64,000 nt of DNA from NCBI GenBank assembly GCA_964520585.1, contig CAZFOO010000005.1:6180-70179 (forward strand), in the 5' to 3' direction. Position 1 is the first letter of the stretch. Every line of letters starts with the position of its first letter. A model generated the notes under the pieces. That model was not told where the DNA came from and made no database searches. It saw nothing but the letters and a program-made list of their open reading frames with translations. The DNA is from an uncultured Bacteroidales bacterium. Its GTDB lineage: Bacteria; Bacteroidota; Bacteroidia; Bacteroidales; PUMT01. Positions 6,389-16,485 of the stretch are shown piece after piece. The translations under genes were made by a program, and so were the position numbers.

Positions 6389-8695
6389 CTAATAGGTTAA
6401 CTTTATTTCAGTAATTATTATTCTTCCCGGAGCTATCATGTTCCTGGAGTCGGTGTATTCATGATCAAAAAGATTATGTGCTTTAAGAGACAAGGAATAT
6501 CCCCGGTAAATATTCTTCCACAGTTTCAGATCAATATATCTGAATGCCTCTGTTTTTTCGGAATTTACATCATTAATCCATTGAGAACCTTTATGGTTAA
6601 CAGAGATAAATGCATTCAGATACCTGTTCCTCCAGGCTATTGAAGTGAAAATCATATCTTTTGGCTGATAAGCAAGCTCATTACCTGTCAAATCATTATC
6701 CTTATCCTGATTTAGAACCCGGAATTCTGTTATTTCTGTATTTATATGACTATATGCCAGCGACAAGTCAAGTCCCCGGAAAATCTGGAGTTCCAGTCCA
6801 AGTTCTAAGCCAGTTACGGATACCCGGGCAATATTATCCATAATTCTAATGGGCCTTAAACGGTCGTTTAATACAATTGAATCGCCTGTGGAAATATAAC
6901 CGTGATAATCTGTTCCCCTTGAATGAAAGATATTGGGAGAAATAGTTATTCCCCCTCCAATGAATATATCTCCTCCAATCTCCACATTATCCAGATGTTC
7001 TGGTTTTAAATCCGGATTCCCCACCTTCATCCCACCCCTGATAAGGCCTGTCCGGCTCATATCGTCCAGTACCGGTGCCCTGAAACCACGGCTGTATCCC
7101 CCATAAATGCGATAAAGTCCTGTGTAGTGGTATTGCAATGATAATCGGGGACTAAATGCAGCAAATACCGCTTCTTCGATATCTTTTTCATAATCCTGCA
7201 GAAATCCAGTTTCCTTTGTTGGATCTTCAATGTTAAAAGCTCCATTGAAAAAACGGGCATAATCATATCTTATTCCTGTGAGTAAAACCCATCTTGTGCC
7301 AGATAATGAGAACTCATCCTGAATATAAAAGCCAAACAGGTTCATTTTTCCCTTATTGAAGACTTTATCGGAAGATGTTATATAAATATCAGCCCCGTCC
7401 ACAGAACCATTCCTAAGATCAATTCCCGTGGTGAGCATATGAGATTTGGAAGGTGAAAACGACCAGGAAGATAGGAATCCGGAATCATCACGCAGGGATT
7501 CGACATCGTATCTGGTTATCAGATTGCTTCTTAAACTTTCACTTATTTTCTGGTAATTTTCACTTTGCCCATGCACTGTTAAGTTCATGTGACTGTTGTT
7601 GGCAAAATATCCATTATAGGCAACACGGGTGTTAATATTGCTGTAATTGTTAAATGCTCCCTCTTGCGAAGCTAGTTCATTGTTTGGAAAACCATGTCCG
7701 AAAAAACGAGTGCCGGTACCTCTTTTGCCATTGTAAAAACTACCGGAGACCTCGATCAGCTGATCCTTTCCGATATAATATCCCGCTCTGCCGCCTAGCT
7801 GATATTCATTAAGGAATGAAGCAACTGAGTATTCATCTGTTTCATCTGCAGGAATGCTGAGATATCCGTCACTGTCACGATAAATACCGCTAAAGTTCCA
7901 GAAAATATCATTTTTCCGTCCACCTATACCTGCCCTGGTGTCGAATGTATTGAAACTGCCAATACCCTGACTTGCATATCCTTCCAGGGATTCTTGTGGT
8001 GCTGCTGTTCTGAGGTTAATGACTCCACCCATAGCATTACCACCGTGAATTGAAGATCCAGCACCTTTAACTACTTCTATTTGTTTAATCTGCTCATTAT
8101 CTATAGCATTCCAATTCACACTTCCACCATCTGATTTATTAACCGGCACCCCGTCAACCATAACCAAAGTGCGTCCTGCCTCGTTTCCCATGCCTCTGAG
8201 TGAAACATTCGCTGAGCCAAAGATTGAAGCTCCTCTGCTGACAAGAATTCCTGGAACTGATCTTAGCAGATCATCAGCAGACAAGGAAGGGAGGTTATCA
8301 ATTTTCTTCTCATTCAGGATATCGGTTCTTACTGGAACATTATATATGCCCCGCCGATTCCTTGTCGCAGTCACAATTATTTTTTCAAGAATTTCTGTCC
8401 GTGGTTGCAGGTGAATTATAACCGGGCTATCATTAGGTTTGCAGGCTAATTCGGCGGACCGGTATCCTATGTGGGTTATTAATATTACAACACTATCGTC
8501 ACTGCTAACTTCAATGTCAAATCTTCCTTTCTGATCGGTTGAGGTACCGGTTCCCGTTCCTTTGACCTGAACATTTGCGTAGGCCACTCCCACTGATGTC
8601 TGTTGATCAACAATATCACCGGAGATGAAGTGCTGAGCGGTTATTATGGTATTTCCACTAATGATTAATAAAATAGCAATGAGTGTTTTTTTCAT
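6389..8695 (-). CDS. TonB-dependent receptor with CarboxypepD_reg-like N-domain
   Basis: 768 aa with a signal peptide and a CarboxypepD_reg-like segment (ISGDIVDQQTSVGVAYANVQVKGT). Plug motifs are present (LLRSVPGILVSRG, SLRGMG, VDGVPVN). A long beta-barrel ends in an aromatic residue (KLTY). Confidence 0.9.
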   Translation of the reverse strand: MKKTLIAILLIISGNTIITAQHFISGDIVDQQTSVGVAYANVQVKGTGTGTSTDQKGRFDIEVSSDDSVVILITHIGYRSAELACKPNDSPVIIHLQPRTEILEKIIVTATRNRRGIYNVPVRTDILNEKKIDNLPSLSADDLLRSVPGILVSRGASIFGSANVSLRGMGNEAGRTLVMVDGVPVNKSDGGSVNWNAIDNEQIKQIEVVKGAGSSIHGGNAMGGVINLRTAAPQESLEGYASQGIGSFNTFDTRAGIGGRKNDIFWNFSGIYRDSDGYLSIPADETDEYSVASFLNEYQLGGRAGYYIGKDQLIEVSGSFYNGKRGTGTRFFGHGFPNNELASQEGAFNNYSNINTRVAYNGYFANNSHMNLTVHGQSENYQKISESLRSNLITRYDVESLRDDSGFLSSWSFSPSKSHMLTTGIDLRNGSVDGADIYITSSDKVFNKGKMNLFGFYIQDEFSLSGTRWVLLTGIRYDYARFFNGAFNIEDPTKETGFLQDYEKDIEEAVFAAFSPRLSLQYHYTGLYRIYGGYSRGFRAPVLDDMSRTGLIRGGMKVGNPDLKPEHLDNVEIGGDIFIGGGITISPNIFHSRGTDYHGYISTGDSIVLNDRLRPIRIMDNIARVSVTGLELGLELQIFRGLDLSLAYSHINTEITEFRVLNQDKDNDLTGNELAYQPKDMIFTSIAWRNRYLNAFISVNHKGSQWINDVNSEKTEAFRYIDLKLWKNIYRGYSLSLKAHNLFDHEYTDSRNMIAPGRIIITEIKLTY

Positions 8696-9079
8696 GTATA
8701 TAAAAAGTTAGTAGTTGTGATATTTTTTTAATGTCCCATGCAGTTATGCAAATAAATCATGTCGTCATAAAAAAAGCTTATTATCTTAATATGTTATTAA
8801 GTTCATTTTGCATTTCAGAAATTTCAGTTTCTATTGCAGGGTTCACTTTTACGTAAAATTTATCGAAAAAAGCAACCATATCTTCTCCTTTCTGTGTGGG
8901 TACGGTCTGCCCGTCTCTAGCTCCCCAACGAGATTTGTCTATTAACTTAAATCCAAATTAAAAAATTATGTGGTGAAGCAATAATCGGGTTAAAGCCAAA
9001 TGGCATTAATTATTGTGTTGGATGGTCTGTATTTTGCGAATTTTTTACTATAAGGAAAGAATAAAGTCACTGCCGGGGC

Positions 9080-9399
9080 AACAAAAACAAAGCCGGGAAC
9101 TTTTCCTGACGAAAAAATTCCCGGCTCACTCTTCGCGGCGAACCGCTTAAGTGTCAAGCTACTGTTATTATGACTGACCTCTGTTAACTGATCCCGGAGG
9201 ATCTGTTCCGAAGGTCCTGACCTTGTTCCGATCAGCTTTTTACGGCTGATGTTCACGCTGGTCACCGTTCCTGTTATGCGGCCTGAAGTTTTTCCCGGAG
9301 GAAATCCTTCGTTTGACCTGACCGAAATATTCAAACTCTGAGGCCTGGATCATTTCAGCTTAACATCTCAAAGAACAAGTCTTTTATCCCTCACTTGAT
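9080..9399 (-). ncRNA. candidate ~320-nt structured RNA of unknown class (R-RNA copy 2)
   Basis: Identical to copy 1. Its terminator hairpin (9092-9125) ends ~385 nt upstream of the receptor start codon on the same strand. Confidence 0.4.
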
Positions 9400-9403
9400 G
9401 AAA

Positions 9404-9436
9404 CAAATATAGCACTGAAAACCTGTTTTCTGCAAG
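9404..9436 (-). promoter_or_regulatory. Bacteroidota-type promoter motif for R-RNA copy 2
   Basis: Identical to 6148-6180. Confidence 0.45.
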
Positions 9437-9698
9437 TTTTTTGAACCGTTTTTGTAAACAGGAAAATAACAACGGTTATCAACATTTTGTTAATTCATTT
9501 AAGCTTTTGTAAATTAATTAATTATGCGATAATTGTTGCCAGAACAGCATCTGTTATCAACAAAAATATTTTTCCATAAGCCGTTTTATCAACACACAAG
9601 TAAACACTAGGCATAAAGAACTTAGTTTATTCTATTGATTTTATAAGATGATATAAAAGCACCGGTTTTGCAGCAGTAATCCGGAAATTGCTTTATAT

Positions 9699-9766
9699 CT
9701 TTGCATCAATGATGTCATAGTAGTAGGCACATAGCTTTGCATTATTGATGTCATAGTAGTGTGCGA
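9699..9766 (+). repeat. imperfect tandem duplication (2 x ~32 nt, period 36)
   Basis: The two units are CTTTGCATCAATGATGTCATAGTAGTAGGCAC and CTTTGCATTATTGATGTCATAGTAGTGTGCGA. The pair sits ~90 nt upstream of the fetA-like start. Confidence 0.7.
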
Positions 9767-9854
9767 AACTCCCGGATTATTCTTAAAAAATGCAACTATT
9801 CCTGCATTTTAATGGAAATACCTGTTTTGCGATAACCAATTGGCATTTTTCATC

Positions 9855-10448
9855 ATGATCAGCGGAAAAAACATATCACTTTCATTTAATAGTACCTTTA
9901 TTTTCCGGGATTTGACCTTTAGTATTCGCGGGGGAGAAAATGCCTGCTTTTCCGGTCCGTCGGGAAAAGGAAAATCATCCTTACTGAAAATAATACAGGG
10001 ATATATTATCCCGGATACAGGGCAGGTTGAAATAGATGGTATGGATCTCAATATTGAAAATGTCAGAAAAATCAGATCAAAGATGGCGTATATTCCTCAG
10101 AATATTAATCTACCTGTCGATAACGGAAAAGATCTGTTGAAATTAATTAATGACAGAAATGCTGAGAAAACGGTTGATTTTTTTATTGAGGAACTTGGAA
10201 TGCCTGCTGACATGCTTACACGCAGGTTTGATGAAATGAGCGGGGGACAGAAACAACGGGTTGTTATAGCTGTTTGCCTGTCTCTGGACCGGGAGATTAT
10301 TTTGTTGGACGAACCAACTTCTTCTCTGGATGACGAATCCATAGATAAAGTGATCAGGGTTATGCAAAATCTTAAAAACAGAACTATTGTATCTGCTTCC
10401 CACAATCATAAATGGATTCGGTTTGTTGATAAAAAAATAAATTTGTGA
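9855..10448 (+). CDS. fetA: ABC transporter ATP-binding protein, FetA/YbbL-like
   Basis: Walker A is GPSGKGKSSLLK, the ABC signature is MSGGQKQR, and Walker B is ILLDEPTSSLD. It is followed by a fetB-like permease. The ATG at 9855 is preferred over the TTG at 9840. Confidence 0.7.
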   Translation: MISGKNISLSFNSTFIFRDLTFSIRGGENACFSGPSGKGKSSLLKIIQGYIIPDTGQVEIDGMDLNIENVRKIRSKMAYIPQNINLPVDNGKDLLKLINDRNAEKTVDFFIEELGMPADMLTRRFDEMSGGQKQRVVIAVCLSLDREIILLDEPTSSLDDESIDKVIRVMQNLKNRTIVSASHNHKWIRFVDKKINL

Positions 10449-10589
10449 ATTTATATAATGCCGCTCTTTATGAAATATAATGGATATTTAATATAATACG
10501 GAGTGCTTCGGCATATTACTTTTTAATGTAATTGAATAAAACCAGGAACAAATAGTTTACCTGCCTCTAGTATTTATAAAATGAATTAG

Positions 10590-11378
10590 ATGATTGATAT
10601 CAGTATTTTTGATCTGGCACTCGGTTTTGCAATTCTTACGATACCGTTACTGGTTTTCATATATTACCGCATAAAGCTGGTAAAAGATATGTTTATTAGT
10701 TTGGCGAGAATGATCGCACAACTATCCCTTGTTGCTCTATATATGGAGTGGATATTCGATATGAACAATCCATGGATAAATTCTCTCTGGGTTTTTATTA
10801 TGATCCTGGTTGGCGCCAGCACCATTGTTTATCGTGTGAAACTTATATGGCATAATTTTCTTCTACCTGTTATTTTGGCAGGACTTTTGTCCATGATGAT
10901 TATTGATGGTTTTTTTTTGGGGACTGTCATAAGGCTTGATTATTTTTTTGATGCACGTTATTTTATTCCAATTTCAGGTATGGTGCTGGGCAATTCTATT
11001 AATCATAATATTGTTGGACTGACAACATATTTCGAAGGTCTATCGAAACGAAATGAACTTTACTATTTTATTTTAACAAATAACGGCAGCCGTAAGCAGG
11101 CAATACGGCCTTATATTCAGGATGCTATTGTAAAGGCACTCAATCCCTTATTAGCTAATATGTCTGTTATCGGACTCATTTCACTACCCGGTATGATGAC
11201 CGGGCAGATTTTGGGTGGTGCATCTCCTGCAATTGCAATTAAATATCAGGTAATGATAATGTTAGCTATTTTTGTGGGTTGCACTATGATTCTGGTTATC
11301 AGTATCTTATTTTCAAATTTCTTTGTTTTTGACGCTTATGATAATATCAGGCCATTGCAGAATAATTCATCTAGATGA
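10590..11378 (+). CDS. fetB: iron-export ABC permease FetB (UPF0014/YbbM family)
   Basis: Polytopic membrane protein. The blocks ISLPGMMTGQILGG and AIKYQVMIMLAIF closely match E. coli FetB (VSLPGMMSG, AIKYQIMV). Confidence 0.85.
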   Translation: MIDISIFDLALGFAILTIPLLVFIYYRIKLVKDMFISLARMIAQLSLVALYMEWIFDMNNPWINSLWVFIMILVGASTIVYRVKLIWHNFLLPVILAGLLSMMIIDGFFLGTVIRLDYFFDARYFIPISGMVLGNSINHNIVGLTTYFEGLSKRNELYYFILTNNGSRKQAIRPYIQDAIVKALNPLLANMSVIGLISLPGMMTGQILGGASPAIAIKYQVMIMLAIFVGCTMILVISILFSNFFVFDAYDNIRPLQNNSSR

Positions 11379-11637
11379 TGCTACGAAACAGAAAAAATGA
11401 TAAACCGGATTATCAAACTTCATGTATTTAATCAGACCAGAGGTATTAAATACCAGGAATATGACTGGCAAATAATCATGCTAATGGGTGTAGTTGTAGT
11501 TAATTAAATTATTTTAGGATTTGTAATGAGTGATTCAGGCTTTTTGCAATCCATTGTTAACCATACCTGAATCCAAAAAGGAGAAGCAGCAAAACCTGAG
11601 AGCAAAAAATAGATTCAGTTAAAAACCCAATGAAAGA

Positions 11638-12705
11638 ATGAATAATCTGAAAAAGATCAATCAAATACTTTTGTTTATCCTGATCGTTTTCGTAATGCTC
11701 TCTTTTGGAGCATCATTCTTAATTCCTTTTATCTTTGGGATATTTTTTGCTTCTTTAATGACCCCCTTTTCCAATATCCTTGAAAAGATAAAAATAAACA
11801 GGATTTTTTCTTCACTTATCAGCACCGTTGTTATATTCATAGTGGTTGGTGGTATTTTATATATTTTTATATATCAGATGACTCTGTTCATGTCGGACAT
11901 ATCTGATGTAAGAAACGAAATACAGACTTTTATTCAGGATATTCAGGACCAGATCAGATCGCTGACAAATTTATCTTTGGAGGAACAGAAAAATATTTGG
12001 AAAAACAGATCAGATAATATTTTAATTGCAGCTGAATCAGCTCTTACCTCTTTTTTGGGTAACATATTAAATACAACAGCCGGATTTTTACTGGTGCTGG
12101 TATATGTGTTTCTATTACTGTATTACAGGGATAAATTTACTGAAACCATTCTCAGATTTGCAAATAATGAAAAAAAAGATGAAACCGAGGCTGTCCTTAA
12201 TAAAACAGGTAAGGTTGTGTACCACTATTTATGGGGAAGAGCAAAGGTTATGAGCATTCTGGCAATAATGTATTACATCACTTTTTTGATTTTTGACATT
12301 CCTTATGCTGGCCTGCTTACTATTTCCGGTGCCCTGGTTACAATAATCCCATATCTGGGGCCCTTTATCAGTGGTGTACTTCCTGTCTTGTTTTCAATTA
12401 TTTATCTTCAAAATTTACAAATAATTTTATTATTTACACTAATTATCTTCATTGAACAGATGATTGAAAGTTATGTTCTGGAGCCTTTGATTATTGGAAG
12501 TGAAGTAAAAATTAATCCATTAATTGTGATTGTTGCAATTACATTAGGTGGCATGATCTGGGGATTGGCAGGTATGATCTTGTTCGTCCCCTTATTTGCC
12601 ATTATCAAGATTATTTCCATGCATACCCACGGACTGGAGCCTCTTGGTTATTTTTTCGCCCCCTCAAAGCAATCTGTTAGCGATGAACTGGATAATGATT
12701 TATAA
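11638..12705 (+). CDS. AI-2E family transporter (PerM-like)
   Basis: 355-aa membrane protein with ~8 TM segments. The C-terminal region is typical of the family (LEPLIIGSEVKINPLIVIVAITLGGMIWGLAGMILFVPLFAI). Confidence 0.8.
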   Translation: MNNLKKINQILLFILIVFVMLSFGASFLIPFIFGIFFASLMTPFSNILEKIKINRIFSSLISTVVIFIVVGGILYIFIYQMTLFMSDISDVRNEIQTFIQDIQDQIRSLTNLSLEEQKNIWKNRSDNILIAAESALTSFLGNILNTTAGFLLVLVYVFLLLYYRDKFTETILRFANNEKKDETEAVLNKTGKVVYHYLWGRAKVMSILAIMYYITFLIFDIPYAGLLTISGALVTIIPYLGPFISGVLPVLFSIIYLQNLQIILLFTLIIFIEQMIESYVLEPLIIGSEVKINPLIVIVAITLGGMIWGLAGMILFVPLFAIIKIISMHTHGLEPLGYFFAPSKQSVSDELDNDL

Positions 12706-13137
12706 TTGTTGTGGAAAAACAACACAGTTTTTGCAATTTTTCTACAATTATATAATTCCCCTTATCTAAAATTATCCATCTCTTCTGTCTAAACATTAAT
12801 TGTTCAGTCCATAAAAAGGGACATACAGCAAAGAAAACAACTCAAATAATTTTCAACCTGAACTGCGCTGAGAACAGCATTATACCATTAAGTTTTCATT
12901 CATTTTTGTCAAACAGATTATGTTACCGGAATTATCTAATAAATCATCTCAGTGATTATTATTAATATCATTATTACTGGCATGTATTTGGCATAAAAGA
13001 ATTGAATATAATATTTAAAGTGAAAATAATATTCAGAAAGGGAGATTTGAAAAATCTCAAACGGCATTATCAATTCTTTAATAATGATTTAAAGATCAGT
13101 AATCTGCCATTATATAATAATTTAAAATTTGTAAATC

Positions 13138-14346
13138 ATGAGAAGAAGAAAATTTAATCTTAATTTATTAATTGCTTTATTTGCTGGGATGGTAATGATT
13201 CCGGCATTTACTTTATGCGATGATTCATCGGAAAGCAGGGCAAGAAACAATTCTCAGAATAATGAATTGCAATCCGGCGTATCCGGAGATTCCGGTCCGG
13301 GAAATACCGATTTCACCCGTGCCGCCAACCATACTATTAACGGTGTGGTACACGTTAAAACACTAACAGAAAGAGAAGGAGGCCGTAGTCCCCTTGAATT
13401 CTTTTTTGGTCCACAGGAACGGGAACAGGAACGACAACCTCAGGAAGGTATGGGGTCAGGTGTGATAATTACGGCCGATGGATATATAGTCACCAACCAT
13501 CACGTTATAGCTGAGGCAGATGAGATAGAAGTGACCCTGCAAGATCAACGAACATATAGTGCAGAAGTGGTCGGTCAGGATCCTAATACAGATATTGCAA
13601 TACTGAAGATTGATGAAACGGATCTGTCTTTTATTGAAATCGGCAATTCAGATGATCTGGAGGTAGGAGAATGGGTGTTGGCTGTGGGAAATCCTTTCGG
13701 ACTGACATCTTCGGTTACAGCAGGAATTATAAGTGCTAAGGAAAGATCACTGGGAGCACTTCAGGGCGGAGAAATGCCTATTGAATCTTTTTTGCAGACT
13801 GATGCAGCTGTTAATATGGGTAATAGCGGAGGTGCACTGGTGAATCTTAGAGGAGAACTAATAGGTGTACCAACATTGATCATCTCTCCTACCCGTACTC
13901 ATATTGGTACTGCATTTGCGATACCTTCCGTCATCGTTCGAAGGGTTAAAGATGATATTATAGAATTTGGAGAGGTAAGAAGGGGTATCCTGGGCGTATC
14001 AATTAGGGATGTTACTTCAGAACTTGCAGAAGAAGAAGGAATTGAAGAGATTGAAGGGGTTTATGTTGAACATGTAATAGACGGCAGTGCAGCTGGTCAG
14101 GCAGGGGTCCAAAGGGGCGATGTGATTCTTGAAGTCAACGGAAATCCTGTAAACAGTCCAAGCGGACTTCAACTGGAGATCAGCCGTCATCATCCTGGAG
14201 AGAGTGTGGAATTATTGATCATGAGAGACGGAAGCAGGTCGGAATTAACTGCAGAGTTGATAACTATGGAAGAACATAATGAACTGGTTATGCAACAGCA
14301 GGAATCATTACTGGGGCTACTTTTAGAATGGTTCCCGAAGATTTAA
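13138..14346 (+). CDS. HtrA/DegQ-family serine protease (protease domain plus PDZ1), interrupted
   Basis: Catalytic triad contexts are TNHHV, DIAILKI and GNSGGALVN. PDZ1 begins at RGILGVSIRD. The frame breaks near 14313-14316. Confidence 0.85.
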   Translation: MRRRKFNLNLLIALFAGMVMIPAFTLCDDSSESRARNNSQNNELQSGVSGDSGPGNTDFTRAANHTINGVVHVKTLTEREGGRSPLEFFFGPQEREQERQPQEGMGSGVIITADGYIVTNHHVIAEADEIEVTLQDQRTYSAEVVGQDPNTDIAILKIDETDLSFIEIGNSDDLEVGEWVLAVGNPFGLTSSVTAGIISAKERSLGALQGGEMPIESFLQTDAAVNMGNSGGALVNLRGELIGVPTLIISPTRTHIGTAFAIPSVIVRRVKDDIIEFGEVRRGILGVSIRDVTSELAEEEGIEEIEGVYVEHVIDGSAAGQAGVQRGDVILEVNGNPVNSPSGLQLEISRHHPGESVELLIMRDGSRSELTAELITMEEHNELVMQQQESLLGLLLEWFPKI

Positions 14347-14570
14347 AAGAAAAGCTTGAATTACCGGGAGGAGTTCAGGTAACGGAAATAGAAAGCGGTC
14401 CGTTACAATCTGCCGGCATGAGAGAAGGATTCATCATAGTAGGCATCAATAATCAATTAGTTCAGCAACCGTCACATGTTCTTCAATTATTGGAGGACTA
14501 TTCAGGAAATGTAGTAATACAGGGAGTTTATCCTGACGGTTCATCTGCTACATACGCATTCAATATGTAA
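14328..14570 (+). CDS. C-terminal PDZ2 fragment of the same HtrA protease
   Basis: This frame is open from 14283 and reads GATFRMVPEDLKEKLELPGGVQVTEIESGPLQSAGMREGFIIVGINN. That is a typical second PDZ domain. Confidence 0.65.
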   Translation: MVPEDLKEKLELPGGVQVTEIESGPLQSAGMREGFIIVGINNQLVQQPSHVLQLLEDYSGNVVIQGVYPDGSSATYAFNM

Positions 14571-14755
14571 ATTTCTTTAGGCCAAAAGTATTACAGATGA
14601 CCATCCGTTTGTTAAGTCACGCGAAAAAGGCATGCACATAGTTTATTTGCAAAATATAATTAATTGATTATTAACATTATTGATATGCTTTATTAAAGTA
14701 AAAAAAGGATTTTGGATGAGTGTTGAAAAAAATGCTGCCCGACTATCTGCGGCTG

Positions 14756-15475
14756 TTAATTATTATAATTAACCGGTTCCAAAGTCTCCGGCACATTTGA
14801 ATCACGATTTTTATCGGTTATTCTCTTACTGATGCTATATGCATTCATTCTGCCTGGATCAAATGGCTGCAATAAAGATTTCCGAAAGGATTTATCTTTA
14901 TTCAGCCATTTTTTTTCAGTCACCTGATCAAGTATTACGGGCATTCTTCTTTTGCTGTTATGTATTTTAGCTGTCAGGGAGTTTGCGTCACAAGTGATGA
15001 TTGAAAACGAACGTAAGATCTCCCCAGTGTGTTCATTGATCCATTCTTCCCAAATACCGGCGAAGGAAAAAACCGGCATGTCGGGTATGAAAATAAAGAA
15101 GGGGGTTTTTCCGGTGGACTTGTGCATCCATTCGAAATAACCTGTAGCTGGTATCAAGCAGGGCCTGTAAGAATATGCACCTCTGAAACTGGGTTTTGAG
15201 TCAACAGTCTCAGCCCTTGCGTTAAGAGTTGCCGACCGAATCTTAAGTGCCTGTTCTTCATTTTTAACCCACGAAGGTACCAGTCCCCATTGCATTAATT
15301 CCATGTTTAAATCATCTGTTCTATTAACCTTATAAACAGATGGTAATGAATTGTGATTAAATCCATTTACGTGATAATAAACCGGCTCCGGATTAATTCC
15401 GGTCCTTTTAATATTTATACCATACCGGTCTGCGATCTCCCGGGCGGTCTTCGCTAAGGAATAATGATAACACAT
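14756..15475 (-). CDS. SOS response-associated peptidase (SRAP/YedK family)
   Basis: It starts MCYHYS, with Cys2 as the nucleophile. Length (239 aa) and conserved blocks (GYFEW, PFFIF, RMPVIL) fit the family. Confidence 0.85.
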   Translation of the reverse strand: MCYHYSLAKTAREIADRYGINIKRTGINPEPVYYHVNGFNHNSLPSVYKVNRTDDLNMELMQWGLVPSWVKNEEQALKIRSATLNARAETVDSKPSFRGAYSYRPCLIPATGYFEWMHKSTGKTPFFIFIPDMPVFSFAGIWEEWINEHTGEILRSFSIITCDANSLTAKIHNSKRRMPVILDQVTEKKWLNKDKSFRKSLLQPFDPGRMNAYSISKRITDKNRDSNVPETLEPVNYNN

Positions 15476-15561
15476 AGGGACTTATTAAGTACTTTCCGTT
15501 AATGATAATGTAATAAAGCTGATACGCTTTTACATACAATTGGCTTATGAAGTCATTTCTG

Positions 15562-16485
15562 TTACTGATCCTGCTGGTCCCTTGCTTCACCAATACCAAT
15601 CCTGTTCCCATCTAAATATGCGGCAATAAAAACATTTGTGATATCAAGCGATTCCATAACCTCCTCGGCTTTTTCAAATGTTGCATAAGGACCAAAATAA
15701 TATTTATACCAGTTATCCTCCTGCATCAGTTTAACCTCTTTATTACCACTGTAAATTTCCCGGATCTCCTCTTCCGGAATTTCCCGTATATGTGCGGCAA
15801 TCTGCACTATATAGGTTATTCCCTCAAACGATTCTTTTATTCCTGATGTATCATTGCTTGCCTCTTGCTGAACTTTTTCCTCATTATCGTCTTTGATCAC
15901 CCGTACAACTCTTTCAGGTGAATCCTCCATTATTGTGATATCATCATCCCAGTCGTAAGCATACATTACAGGATAATCCTGGTAAACACGCAGGGCTCTT
16001 CCCATATTTAACAGTGCCATCTGTTCAAGGTCATAAGCCATCATATAAATATCTTTTACGCTGGTTAATTCTTCGGCATTCTCAGCTTCGGCTTTTAATA
16101 TCTCTGCCTTGTTCAAATTCTCCAGGGCTTTGCTCTCCAATTCAAAGGCCCTGTCCAGTTCCGGTGGCAAAGTACCGGGAAGATCATCACGTTCACTTTT
16201 ACAATAGCGTTCATAAATATCATATAGTTCCCGGCTGGCAGTGAAAAGTTCATTAAACGCTTTTTCCGTATCTTCCCTGTTCTCAGATGAAGAGGCCTGT
16301 GCAATAAGATCTTCAGCATTATCCTTTCGTTGTTCTATCCGTGTCAACCTTTTTTGGTCACGATCAGAAAATTCAAGGTGAAGATTCTTTAAGTTAGACC
16401 ATATATCTAATTGTAGTTCTGATGAATATAGTTTTGATGAAAATGAATTTAATATCAGAAAAATAATGATTAACAGCGGTTTCAT
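15562..16485 (-). CDS. secreted protein with C-terminal SPOR-like domain
   Basis: It has a signal peptide and an acidic helical middle region. The C-terminal ~75 aa resemble a SPOR repeat (YIVQIAAH...YKYYFGPYATFEKAEEVMESL). Confidence 0.45.
   Translation of the reverse strand: MKPLLIIIFLILNSFSSKLYSSELQLDIWSNLKNLHLEFSDRDQKRLTRIEQRKDNAEDLIAQASSSENREDTEKAFNELFTASRELYDIYERYCKSERDDLPGTLPPELDRAFELESKALENLNKAEILKAEAENAEELTSVKDIYMMAYDLEQMALLNMGRALRVYQDYPVMYAYDWDDDITIMEDSPERVVRVIKDDNEEKVQQEASNDTSGIKESFEGITYIVQIAAHIREIPEEEIREIYSGNKEVKLMQEDNWYKYYFGPYATFEKAEEVMESLDITNVFIAAYLDGNRIGIGEARDQQDQ

Larger units (their letters stand above)
9059..9568. repeat. R direct repeat, copy 2 (510 bp)
   Basis: See copy 1. 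It lies upstream of the TonB-dependent receptor gene. Confidence 0.9.

Noticed and set aside
8781-8879. 32-aa minus-strand ORF (MVAFFDKFYVKVNPAIETEISEMQNELNNILR) in the receptor 5' region
   Set aside because: It is too short to support without conservation or expression data. It is noted only as a possible leader peptide.
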